Below are positions 50,116-62,681 of a stretch of DNA of 64,000 bases, piece by piece. The notes under the pieces were generated by a model. The model was not told where the DNA came from. It saw only the letters and a list, made by a program, of their open reading frames with translations, and ran no database searches. How positions within the stretch are numbered: the stretch's first letter is position 1; each line of letters begins with the position of its first letter. Both the position numbers and the translations under genes were made by a program. The DNA is from Somniosus microcephalus. Its lineage: Eukaryota. The DNA is taken from the NCBI GenBank assembly GCA_052327205.1, contig CM126204.1:148118001-148182000 (forward strand). The letters run 5' to 3'.

Positions 50116-51095
50116 CAGGATTGTATTCACTTGTGCTACATATTCTCAAGGCTCAAATGTGAAGTCATACGGGAAACTGTGCCCCAGCGAAGAGTTGATG
50201 CTTTCAGAAGGGGAGGTAGAGAATCTAAAAAGCTACATTTGAATTTTTGTGTTTACAAATATAGTAAATTAAGATCGCAGGAACTCCAAAATTCCACTGC
50301 TATACACATCTACTTAATACATTAAAAATCTTACATTTGCGCACACTTCCTGTCAACATTTCACTATTATAAATTTGTATGTCAACATTTATGTTGTAAT
50401 CTATCAATCAAGCTGTAATTATATTATTTTTCCAGTGGGGATGTTGCAGTATTGTCAATGGCAGGAGAGTGTCATGCTGTAATTAATTACAGATTTTACA
50501 TGGCAGTTTCTATTATAAATGTGGACATAGAAATTTATATTGGAAATACAAAAATAAGGACAGAATAACTTTAAAAATAGAGATTGAATGATGTCTGCAC
50601 ACACTGATCCAATAATCCCCTACCCTCTAATTTTGTTTCACTTGAAGACTACACTTAGTTTCGACTCCCCATGTGCAATACGACAGGAGGTTGTTAGTAT
50701 GAAAAAACGATCCAAACAAAGTAAACTATATCCATCTTCTATCTATAAAAATGTTGTATCTAGCATATTCATCACACTTCAAATATCAAGAAAGATAAAC
50801 TGTTACTTAATTCTGGGTGCTTCTGACCCAGAGCCTGAGACTTGCAAGCATTTTCCAATTTGCACAGTTCACACACCAAACAGACTCACCTGTTTACTTA
50901 ACAATTAGACTTTGTGGTTTTCGAAAGACACAGCTCCATCTTGGGAGAAAACACTATTACATGGTATAATACTTCTGTCTTTATAAAAACGGCATCATCC
51001 AACTTATGAGTTGTGCCACAGGCGATCCTATATTTATGAATGTTATTTTATCTCACATTAACACTAGTCAATAAAAAAAATTGCAGCACACTTAC

Positions 51096-51137
51096 TGTGG
51101 ATCCCAAAGTATCCATCATCCAAAATGCACTCTTCTT
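51096..51137 (-). CDS. GPCPD1: GPCPD1 exon 6 (EEECILDDGYFGIH)
   Basis: tag acceptor and A|gtaag donor; matches recalled IIDDGQFGIH; 42 nt, phase 1-1. Confidence 0.9.
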
Positions 51138-54100
51138 CTAGAACAGAGAAAGGAAGCATTGGGAGAAGTCAATAATTGTTGCAGCAGACAACATTACCCA
51201 GTTCAAAATTAAACAATTTTGTGTTCCTAGTTGTAAAGATGGACTAAAATTATTCATTTAAAAAAGGTAAGCTTTTTCCTCCCTGATGCACAGGCTTCAC
51301 TTGATTTTTTTTGTAATGTGCAACATTGAAGTACTTTTTACCACAGACCCATCACTAAAAACAAAGAAAAAAAGTTATCCAACACTTTTCCTGGGTAGCA
51401 TACTGAGCACTGAAGGTCATTTCCAGCCCTTAAAATGTAAAAAAAAATTATAAAACTTGAATTTTTTTTGTAATTTCCTTCCCCATAGCCAGTGACAGCA
51501 AGGGAGACAATGGCTTCTGCACTGATTAGTGATTTATAAGGAAGATAAGGCCCCAAGAGCAGCATAGCAACCAACATTCCTATTAAAAATAGGTTTCAAC
51601 AGTATAATCAAAAACTGAGACAAATCACTGCATGTGTAATGAGATCAGCTTTACTGCTATGAAATGATCTTTAAGACAACGGGGAATGTTTAACACCACC
51701 TGGCCGAAACCAGGTGGTGTGCTTTTAAAATGGCTGATTTATCTGGCATCCACCCAAATTAGGCAGCAGCCTCATACATTTATGCCAATCTGGGTCCTAT
51801 TATATCAATAGGACCTCCATGGTACTATGAGCCTTCAACATGTCAGCCAGCTATAGCTCTTTCAAAATTGATGGAAATCCTTAAGTATGTGTGCACTACA
51901 TCACCTTTGTAGCTTGCTCTTGCATTGGAAGCAAAGCAGCTAAATGCATAAAAATGCACTTTAAGAAAATATTCTCATGGTTAAAGTCCACCCCCTCTGT
52001 GCCAATGCTTCTTGTTATTAAACAGGGTGTAGACTGAACTTGCACCTCTAAATTGTGTCATTATATGGCAAACATTTGATGCTGCTTGTTCAAGGCCAGG
52101 GATGGGCTTTAGCATTTTATGAACTTCGCTGTGGATGTAGAATGGTTAATACCGCTAAAAATTGATACGGCCATAGCTGAAATAGTGAGTGTTTTAGTAA
52201 GAGGCCTCCATTCAATCTTACTTTTTGGAGTGGTGAGAGTTGACTAAAAATGACTACTACACCGATGACAAACTACATTCTTACTATGTCCCCAACTACT
52301 TTACTGATATATTTTAACAAATTACCAGCTTGAACAATTATCTCAGCTACAGGCAGCCTTTGTTTCAGTTTCTGGGCACTGCGCATGGTAAAGTATTGGA
52401 CAGATCTTGGAATCCCCATCTTATAATTATACCATATGGCACTGCATGAAGCAGCACCTCACTAATTTCAACAGCGAGTGGTTAGAGTGTGGAACTCGCT
52501 ACCACAGGGAGTAGTTGAGGCAACTAGCATTGATGCACTTAAGAGGAAGCTAGATAAACATGAGGGAGAAAGGAATAGAAAGATATGCTGATGGGGTTAG
52601 ATGAAGATGGGTAGGAGAAGGCTCGTGTGGAGCATAAACACAGACATGGACCCATTGGGCCGAATGGCCTGTTTGTGCTGTAAATACGATGTGATGTAAC
52701 ATGACACTTTAGTACTTAATTGTTGGAGAGGGAGGCAAGACTGCGGTCCATTTTGTGCTTAGTAAACTCCAGGTCCTTATTTACTGTGTTCTGAGATACC
52801 TAGTGTTGGGGCCTGGATAGGAGACCTTCAGAGCCCTTCATATGCATGCAAGAAATCCACCATTTTGCTTGAGCATCCTTATAGCTTATTCCAGCATAGC
52901 GAAGGAAAGAAGCTCATACACTTAAAAAATAGGTAAATAGCGATAGGGAAAGCTTTATGTACAATCAGAATTTGGATCATTTGAAGAGTTTCATTACAAA
53001 CAATACCTCCTATACAAAAATGTTAGGTGCTAACACAGCTGTTGAGTCTCCAGGTCCCAAGAACTATTCTTCTGGAAGTGTTTATAGAGTAGTGTGTTGG
53101 GCAGAGGCAAGGGACATCAAAGTGCTACAGATATTTGATATCCAAAGATGTTAACTGCCTTTATGGTAGGTGCAAAATATGGGATTTATTACATCCTCAG
53201 ACACTTGGGATAAAATGCCGAAGCTCTCTTCTGCGAGAGAAATATATGTACTATACAATTGCAAGTTCTCCATTGGACATACTGGTCCCTGGTGTGCCTT
53301 ACAACTGGGGACCAGTTTCAATCAGGCAACTGCTGGAGCTAGAATAAAGAGGACAGTGCTCAATTCTAGATCTTCATTAGCATAAGAAAATTGGGTAATA
53401 CTGGAATTGCTGTCTTAAAGAACATACCAATAACAGTGGGCGGGCTAGTATCTTAGGATTGAATTCCAGTCTTTAAAAAAATTACAACACTGACAATGGT
53501 GTGCTCTTGGAACACTGTCACTTGAGTTGCAAATATCAATGATAGGGGTAGTACTGAGGCACTGGAAGGAAGCTGAGTTTTCTTCAATAAAGTAATGGAG
53601 TTAGTCAGCCTTTCCAGACCACAACTTAAGTGGTCTCTGGCCAGGGTAAGAGATAGTTACCTTCATTACGGCAAAGTAGGGAAATCTAGGAGGGCCCAAA
53701 AGGTGTCCCAGTTTCCTGAAGCCTGAACTACAGCAGCGACATCTTTGGGGAACTGGGTGTCTAGTTCAGCATGCGTCTTCATCAAATCTTTTCTTCAGGA
53801 TCAGACGTTATCTGGTGCTGTCTGCACAGATGATTACTTTTTAGGGTTATACACCCTGCCTCTAAATATTGTACTCACCTGTGACATGCAATTTAATTCT
53901 TCTCAACTTTATAGCTCTTAGGTGTTTTAATTGCTTTCTTCTTCTGTATTTAACAATGCAAACCTTAATAAAAACTTAATTGCAAATTAGGTGCAAAATG
54001 GCACATTCAGTGGCAGCACACAGAACAGCTAATGTGCTTTAGGTTCTTAAGATGAAAGCGCAGCTGTGGTGCAGCACACTGAAACAGCAATGTGCTGTTT

Positions 54101-55086
54101 TGTGGAATGCCAGGCAGGGGCATGCATGTTGCATTCCTCAGCCTCAGCACACCAATGTTGCAACCCCATTCACTCAACTGTGGGAAGACCACATGCTTCC
54201 CAAAAGTTCATCCAGCTGGTTTCAGAGATGCAATGGAGGTGAAGGCTGAAGAGGCCATCTTGTGGCTCTTCTGGCCACAGAGGGTGCACATCACAAGGGA
54301 CCAAGAAGAGAAGCGAAAATACTTTTAAAGAGACAATTACAAAAATCATATTTTGAAGAGATCTAAATCTTAAGTTAGAACTACATGTACAGAATACTTA
54401 ATAGAAATCAGATCTTTATACTAACTTTTTAATAAAGTTACTTGAGACAGGGGCCAATAATTTTCAAACGGTAAAACAAATCTATTTTGTATGATTAAAA
54501 AGTTAAAAAATAAATTTAAGGGCATACTGTCAACATAAAAATGGTACAAGATAAAATAGATGCATATGGAAAAAGTGGAATCATTGATGCCAAACATTAT
54601 TTCCACAAATGCAATGAAAATCAGTGCAAATGTAGCATAGTGGAGTACTTAACCCAACACAGCCACATGTAGGTGCACCACTTTAAATATTCAAAAAAAT
54701 TATGAAATCTAGTCAAAACAATGCAGTAATATATTATTGTTCACCAGCATGAATTGCTGTCCAATATATGGTTCACATCATGACCAAGGTCAATTTGTGG
54801 CACACTATCATTTTGAAGTTCAGTTTACAGCATTCTTTGCTAAGAATACTTAATTCGGCCTTCAAATCGTGACATTTAAATTACACCAATTTGGAACATA
54901 AATTCTCTCATCAATTTAGGACCACTGCTAATGGGTGGTACAGTGATGCAGCTAATTAATGTTTCAATGTGGTAGGAAGCAGATCTGCATCCACAATTTC
55001 TCACATGGCCAGTTCCAGATCACCAATGGGTTGATAAAATAGCACCGAAAACAGAATTCGGCAGCTTTTCACCAAAGAATTTGGAT

Positions 55087-55117
<31 letters not shown>

Positions 55118-55772
55118 AAGGGGGGTAAAATTGTAATCAAAAAGATTTAAAAAACAGATTACATGCCATCCCAAGCTAGCTTTGCTTATCTGAGTGGCCA
55201 GCATGACGACAGCACTAGCAGAGATCCGGGAGTAGGCTGCCTGTCCAACCTCCTGTACAAAGAATGGTGCTAAACGATCCAAAAGGTGGGAAGGGGGGCA
55301 AAAATCTTAAAATATAGGGTCAATATAATAATTTCTAGTGAAAGAAACCTCTTTTCAAACTTTGAAATGTGAGCCAATATAGAATATCTTGCAGAACAAA
55401 ATAGACCTTGTTACAAAACAGATTTCTGTGACTTAGTTTAAAGGATTATTCTGTATGAAATCCAGGTTCAGAATATCCTGAATGTAGATTGAGAGAGTAA
55501 CCATACATGAACATGAAAATGTAGGGGAAAAAAATAAATGACTGTTTAGAAGTGCTGATCATATTTTCTGTCCAACATGACAGACGTTTGGTTCACAGAG
55601 TGTCAAAAATATAATGTGGGAAGAAAGACTGGCGTTAAAAAAACAAAACAAAAAAAAACTCTTTCAATTTGAAAATTAAATGACAATTGTCAGATGCTTA
55701 ATTTTATCACATGTACCTCTGCTATTGCCAACCTGGCAGATAACAGAAACTCAATACACTGTAGTGACATAC

Positions 55773-55848
55773 CCGACGGATTAAATGATCGTGGATGAGG
55801 ATGAGTCTCCCACTTGTTGACTAGCACTTGCCGAAGATCAGCAGGGTT
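55773..55848 (-). CDS. GPCPD1: GPCPD1 exon 5 (NPADLRQVLVNKWETHPHPRSFNPS)
   Basis: cag acceptor and G|gtatgt donor; KWETH..PRS motif at the end of CBM20; 76 nt. Confidence 0.92.
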
Positions 55849-58490
55849 CTGAGTCAAGTGATAAAAAGATTAAAGCCCTTTATAATAATACAAAAGGACC
55901 AGAAGAAAATGCAAGCTCAGAGGACAAGAGATACAAGTTTCTAACCACTTCTGGTAGAATGTTTACAAATGTTTCATTCTGCACTTTTCATGCAATGACA
56001 TGATTGCCTGAAATTACAGGTACTGAGGATTAGCAACCAATATTGAAACTGGATTTACCACAGTACAGCTTAGGGGGCACAGCATATCAGAACACCAACA
56101 GATGGTACCACAGGAGAGATGCAGATTTTAACTTCCTACTTCAGAGTGCCAATCTCAACATTTCTGCCATGGGTCCCATCAATTCCCTACAGAGGAGAGA
56201 AAAGTTGGTAGGGGTGTTTTTGCCAGGTTGTCATGAGCCTCCAACCGGCTGGCTAACTGAAGAGCTGCACTGGCAGATGCATAGGAACAGGCTGCCAGGC
56301 CTGCAGGAGGTGCATAGCCCAGCAAGACCTGTATAGGAAACAGAGGGATTACTTATTTTTGAAAACCATCATACATGCGCCACACACACACACACGTACA
56401 AAATGCAGCTCTTAGACTCACTGTCCAATATTACAAGTAACTATTCTTTGATTACATCAAAAGATTGATGAATGACAAAATAATATGATTACTGAAAACC
56501 AAGACTACAAAATAAATATAGTACTGGTCTTCAAATTACTTATAAAAGGGGCAAGGTGGTATGTGGATTTGAACACTGTCCTTTCACTTCGGATCAGTTT
56601 GAAGCCAGAGACTGATGAGACAAGTCTCCTCCCTCTGCCAGCTGCAAGGATCTACACAAAATACAGTTGGGCAGTCTCAATGCAGTTCCTTGGGTGCATG
56701 GGCCCATGGCAAAAAATTTCCTCCATTTCTGAATTTATTTGCAATATTCCTCAGAGTTTGTGGAAAATGGAGAAAAAAAACATTATTGAGCAAAGCAGAG
56801 GGAGTAGCACACCACAAATGATTGTGCTGCATACATCCTGGGAGTACCTGATGCTATCGCTAGGCACCGAAAGTGAAAAAGTGTTCCCTTGTTAGAACAT
56901 CACTCACCTTGAGGAGCACAAAAAAAAATTAAAAGAAAAAATTAACAAGTCAGCCTCAACATTCCATATGAATTCTTCCTAAAGCATCAACTGGTCCATT
57001 ACAATTTTTAAACATAACTTCTGTAAAATTGTGAAACTGACAAGACTCAAATCTGCAGCATTCGGTTATAGAGATTATAAGTATCTGGGCCTGTTTGTAC
57101 AGCGGATGATTAATGTCAACAATGCAGTATTTTTAAATAATCAAAATGGCCACATAAACACAAATAGTAAAATAAATTATAGGACTGATTCATTTCAAAA
57201 TGTTTCAGTTCTTATAAAAAAAAAATCAAAATATGTAAAAAGAAATCAGTGTTGTCACTAGGCTGATTTGACATACTAGTACCAATTCCAGAAAGTTTAC
57301 ATTTAAGCAGACAACAGTTTGCTACCTTTCATTCAGCTCACATTGTTTCCACCATCAACAGCAAGAAACCCGCAATTGCCAATGCCTTAATGTTATATTA
57401 CTCAAAATGCTCTTTCCAGACACAACCCAGGTTTGGAAGGACACAACCATTCAAGCAACAGAAAAATCCCACGTACCCACCATTATGCTTTATAGAAATC
57501 CTAGTGGCAACACTGATAATTAGCTTAGTTGCCTTTTACTTCAATCCATTTCTGTTGATTTTTATATTTTGGTTAGAACAGCAACTGATTGTTTTGTATT
57601 TGAATGCATCAAGAGAGAATTGAGAGGCAATCCAATTAACATAATAGAAACAGAAGCACCCAGGTTATTAATTCCTCCAAAATGTTGTCACTCATCATTT
57701 TAAAAACCAACAAGAATAGAAAGAAAAAAAATAGAATTATTTGCAACAATCTGATTAAAAGGGATTCTAATGGTAATAAATCGTTAAAGATGCTAATCTA
57801 TTGCCAATTGAGAGAAAGGTAAGCAAGATGACGCAACAGATTATTAACTGCTGCTAAAATGATTCAACCAATAATAAACGCTCATGTAAAAACCACAATG
57901 CAAAAGGATGGGAAGGGATGTGGGTCCGATCTATACATTTGCTGAAGGAGAATCTTTGACAACACACACTATATTAGAGTGGAGTTGCCAATGTGGAACA
58001 AGAGAATGGAACAAAATAACACTATGCTACCTCTACTAGTTAATTCATAATTTAACGTTTAACCAGAAGCAGCAAGATATTATCCGTCAAAATTACAGAT
58101 AGCATCCACTGTATAGGTGCGTGGGTTAAGAACACAAGAATTTTTAGTAGCAAAATTTTAGGCCAAAAAAGCCCTCTTTTTTTTTTCTTTGCCATTTTCT
58201 CTCCCTTATCCCCTGAAGAATTAATTCCTCTGTGTGACAGCAAATGTCAGTGGGCTATTCAGCTGTAGAAAGCCCAATCCTGTCCTTTCCCCAGAAGGAG
58301 GGAGGGAGAGAAAAATGGAAATATCAGACAAGCAACTTCAGCCAGGCCATACCCACCTCCTAATATCTGCTTATGCAATGAAGAGTTTGAGAGCAAATCA
58401 TTCACTAGATTCTATAGCAGGATTCTCCAAAAAAAACATCAAACATTAGACTTATTTACCATTTAGTACTGTCCAGAAAATGGGTCTTAC

Positions 58491-58575
58491 CTTGGGTTCC
58501 ATGACATAACATTTAAAATAGCGATATTGGAAGAGTGTCTCTCTTGGGAGAATAACTGTTGCCCTCCACATTGCA
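58491..58575 (-). CDS. GPCPD1: GPCPD1 exon 4 (AMWRATVILPRETLFQYRYFKCYVMEPK)
   Basis: tttttctacag acceptor and AAG|gtaaga donor; CBM20 W...(Q/E)YRY motif; 85 nt. Confidence 0.93.
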
Positions 58576-59727
58576 CTGTAGAAAAATGGTAGAAGCAGAT
58601 TATGATGGTTATTTGTTTTTGCATTCTGAGGCTGCCACAAGCCAAATTGGTCAGACCCTTTAAAACACACATGAACATCTTGGACCAGAAGGGAATACAA
58701 AACTGCAGGTAGATTGAAGATTGATACCAGGGAAAAAGGAGGTACTGGAACTAGAATTGTTTTTATGCTTAAACTTTTAGCTTCAAGCCCAAGCAGATGA
58801 GTGAATCACAAACTCTAAAGTACTAGTTACTTTACAGTAACTATAGAATTTGGTGCTTGGAGATAATTGTTCCAAGTCAAAAGTACCTCTAAAAACAGAT
58901 GTAAAAGTCACCAAAGCAATCAATTCCATGAGGCAACTGTACTCCTTGTGGTTCTACCATATCCTTGTTTTTTTTAATTTAATATATTAAAACAAGAAAA
59001 ACTAAAACACAGCAGGGCCACTGAAAATCATATCAAAACCTGAACTGTTAAACGGTGGGGAAAAAATAGTGGAGCTGACTGAAATTATAAACTTTATAAT
59101 GTGTTCATTCACTTGAGACCTGAGCCATGAACAATCCTCTGCATCAATAATCATTGATAACATCAGCATTGTTGTACTCCTGGAGCCAAGCCTAATTAAC
59201 AAGAGTCTAGCAGAACTTGCCCTTAACTGAATGGCAAAAAATATTAACGCTCTTATCAATAATAGGAGGAAAAATAGCTGGCAAAACCAATATTGCTTAA
59301 AGGTGCCTCTTGCAACAGGGCAATTTGCAGCTTTCCTTCTTTAGCCTAGACAGAATTTTTTCCCCTATTTGAAGGAAAAGGAATTAATCAATAAAATGTA
59401 TTAGCCATAACCTTGTTTAGGAATAACCACCTTTTTAGCATCATGGGCCCCCACTTAGGTAGCCTAATAACACCTATGACATTTACTTGACAGATTAAGG
59501 CCCCAATTCCATCTTCAGAAAAAAAAACAGTAGGAAAAATAAATAAGGAAAGAGAACAAAGATGTATGCTAAAAAGAAACAAATACATTTTAATGAACTA
59601 GAACTGCAGAGAGAAACAGGATAGATAACTGGCAGATCAAGTAAACTGAAATGATTGTACTGCAATAAGACATTTCCACAAAACTGAACATTTTATCTGA
59701 CAGCAATTCATCCTCTTTTACACTTGC

Positions 59728-59818
59728 CTATCATTAGCATCTGGTTCCAGAAGCACAGCTTTCTGAGGGTACCAGTTGCCGAGTGCAGCTGCATTCCCAC
59801 ATACTGCAAACATTTCAC
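59728..59818 (-). CDS. GPCPD1: GPCPD1 exon 3 (GEMFAVCGNAAALGNWYPQKAVLLEPDAND-S), CBM20 domain
   Basis: Polypyrimidine tract plus AG acceptor at 59820-59819; CBM20 motif G-x4-LGNW. The reading frame is kept only with a GC donor (AG|gcaagt) at 59727. Confidence 0.9.
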
Positions 59819-60992
59819 CTAAGGTACAAAGAAAAAAAAGTTAGCTTTGAGGAACAGTAGACATGCATACAAAAGATTAACAGGTCTACTTTGTCTAAGA
59901 ACTCTGACCACAAGGCTTAGATGTTGATTATCTGAATAACTCTAAATTACAATAGTTTAGCTTATGCTATCTTTGGTTAAGTTAAACTAATCACACAATA
60001 AAAGCACATGTAATCCAAGGCTGCAATCAATAAGCACTTACACAAAACTTTCCATAAAACTTCTCATTTTCCATTTCTTCTTTTTAATCTATTTCTAAAT
60101 AGTATAGCTAACGTCACTAATAAAAAATTACACAAAGAAAAAATTGCCTGGAGTGGCTGCCCTTACAGAAAGAAATCTAGCAAAGACCCTTTGGATCAGT
60201 ATGATGCTGAATAGCAATACCCTGCTTTGTTACATGTCTGTTGTTGAACTAGCCATACTTCAAGTAAACTTTGCAAATTCCAACATAAAAGACTGCATCC
60301 TTTAGATTAACTGCAAGCTGCCAATTTCTCAAGCATACCACCAAAATGTGTGAAATGGTGACCTTGGTGAACTTCTCAAGTTCCAGAATATGTCAAAAAA
60401 TTTCCTGTACTTTCTGGGACTTAAAAGCATTAAAACCCAGAGTTCCCTAGGCTGACAAACCTTTTCTGTGACCCAGCAAATAACACCTATACTAAGCTGC
60501 TCAAGCAATATCTTGGTTGCACACCTCGAACTGCCACCGGAAAATAATTCTCTTCAATTTAGATTGCTTAAACCTCAGCATCCAAGATAATGGATGATTT
60601 AGCACCTTTTAAGGTGAGAAGCCAGCATCTCTTAGCACCCCTACATTGCTTAATGCCAATGATTTCTTTTTTCTGTATCTTCCAATGGGCAAAAAAGTGC
60701 TTAAGCGCTTGACACCAAAGACATTCTCTTATTGAACACTGCAAAAACAAGAAAATGCTACTGATCTGCAGGAGGCAGTTACTCAAATACAAACAAGAAT
60801 TGGTATGCCATCCCAGGGGAGCATTGCATGGAAAGCTTCAAGAGAACAAAATGTTAAAGGGATTACCACTTATTATTCTCCTCAGAGGAAACCCAAGGAC
60901 TGTGGGTACATCAATGTCTCAAAGTGAAAATAGAAATGGACGAGACTGTAAACTTGTTACAATGTTAATTATGTTGCATACTTTTTGATGTA

Positions 60993-61306
60993 CAGGAAAC
61001 TTTCGTTTATCCGGAGGTTAAATGTCCGGAAAGCTCTATCTATCGGCAAAATTCAGGAGTCGGTTCAGATAAGTTTTTTTCTTTTCGTTGCTTCTTTTCT
61101 CCAGTCCTGGCTCTGCAAGCGTCTCTGTAGCTAAGCAACAGCTTCAGCTAGACGCTTGCAAGCTGCGCCGATTGTTTTGAAGCTGTTGAGGGTTTGTTGC
61201 TTCACACGGAGCTCTGAGCTCCGTATGCTTTAACATTAGCGCTGGTTTCTACAGCAGTTTTGATCTAACGGCACCAGCTCGGTCCCGGATACCAGAAAGT
61301 TTCCTG
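60993..61306. mobile_element. Related Tc1/mariner-type MITE
   Basis: TA|CAGGAAACTTTC...GAAAGTTTCCTG|TA; same termini as 5781-6105. Confidence 0.82.
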
Positions 61307-61388
61307 TATAATGCACTATCCTAGAATTAACATTTAATTGAAAGATTTTTTTTTATTTTTTTAAAAAAGGTAATAAAAAATGCATCCC

Positions 61389-61432
61389 ATGTTTGCAGTA
61401 TGTGGGAATTCAGCTGTATTAGGCCATATGGT
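61389..61432 (+). repeat. Inverted copy of part of GPCPD1 exon 3
   Basis: 61389-61409 is the exact reverse complement of 59793-59813 (21/21), and similarity continues to ~61432 / 59771. Confidence 0.85.
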
Positions 61433-62632
61433 GTAACCTGGCTGCATATAGTTGGTGACTGCAGAACATTTTTCTTTTAAACATTTATCCATTCCCAATT
61501 TTTGGAACAAATCTACAATTTAGCACTACAGATTTTAGGCTTTCCCAAAATCAATATTAGAATTGAACAACTGGGTTCTTCTTTTCTCAGCCCTTTTTAG
61601 TCTATTAACTTTATATTATTTTGGAAAGATTCAGAAAAATAGCCAGGAATGGTGGTAATTATTAGGAATGGGCTTCTTTTATTATTTTAAGTCAGAGTCT
61701 AATATATTTATATATACTTGGCCCTGGACTTGTGTAAACAAGTTATATTTAAATCTAGAAACAAACCAGATTCTGAATCACGGCTGTATAAAATTAATAG
61801 TACTCTCGGATGAACAATAGACCTGTTTCCTGTCTTTGGATTACATGTATGATTTCTATTTCAGGAGACAATTAGTATCAGTCTCACAAGACACTTTCAG
61901 AACAGAGTAAGTTACCAAACCTTAGAAGCAAGCAATAACAGGATATAGTTGAACTGTCTAAATAACAGGAGCTTTTAACCAGTTCATGGAAGGTTTAAAC
62001 CGGTCAGCTTTGATTTGACTGACTTTATACAATCACTGTCATTATCAAGCATCCTCACCTGCAATGCACAACTTAAGAATTCAACACTTCTTCCACACAT
62101 AAATACAAAATGAAATACCACTGTGTAGACAAAAATGAACCATTTAAACTAACACCTGGACCAAGAAGAAGAATTAATTTAGCAATGCTATCACAAAAGT
62201 ACTGTATGCTAAAATAAACTTAGGTAACCAAGATTTATCCTGAAAAAAGTTCATACATGTATTTAAGAAAAAAGTGGGAACAATGCTCCAGTATGGCCAT
62301 TTCTGATCAAAGGGGAAAACACTTTTCTAATGAATTATATTATTTAAAGGAATGTGACCCCAAGAACACGATGGCGAACAGTTGCTGTGTACCAGATTTA
62401 TTACAGATAAAGTAACAAGTGACCCAGTGCTACTTCCCTGCAATCTACAAGAGTGTGTGCGTGTGTGTAAATGTAATACTGCAGAGAAATCACTGAATAT
62501 GGCAGTTATTCCCTTTGTGGTGAAGACCTGTATTCTTATTTGACTTCATCACTCAGGAGTTACATGATCTCTTTTGCTTGTACAACCTGCTGTACAATAT
62601 TCTCAATATATCTTTAATCCTTTGTAGAATAC

Positions 62633-62681
62633 CTGGAAGTGCAACTCCCTTTATTTTGAAAGTGACCCGTGAAGTGAACAT
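62633..62681 (-). CDS. GPCPD1: GPCPD1 exon 2, first coding exon (MFTSRVTFKIKGVALP-G); whole exon probably 62633-62721 including 5'UTR
   Basis: ATG at 62681. Translation resembles the recalled vertebrate GPCPD1 N-terminus (MTPSQVAFEIRGTLLPG). GT donor at 62632-62631 and AG acceptor at 62723-62722; 49 coding nt, ending in phase 1. Confidence 0.9.

Noticed and set aside
50588-50908. 106-aa plus-strand ORF considered as a nested gene (e.g. SHLD1) downstream of the candidate promoter
   Set aside because: Resemblance is limited to a few residues, with no convincing motif or exon boundaries.
55088-55124. Long poly-G run (others at ~8003, ~10558, ~22836 and ~45914) as G-quadruplex elements
   Set aside because: Simple homopolymers, several inside decayed repeats, with unreliable lengths and no further support.
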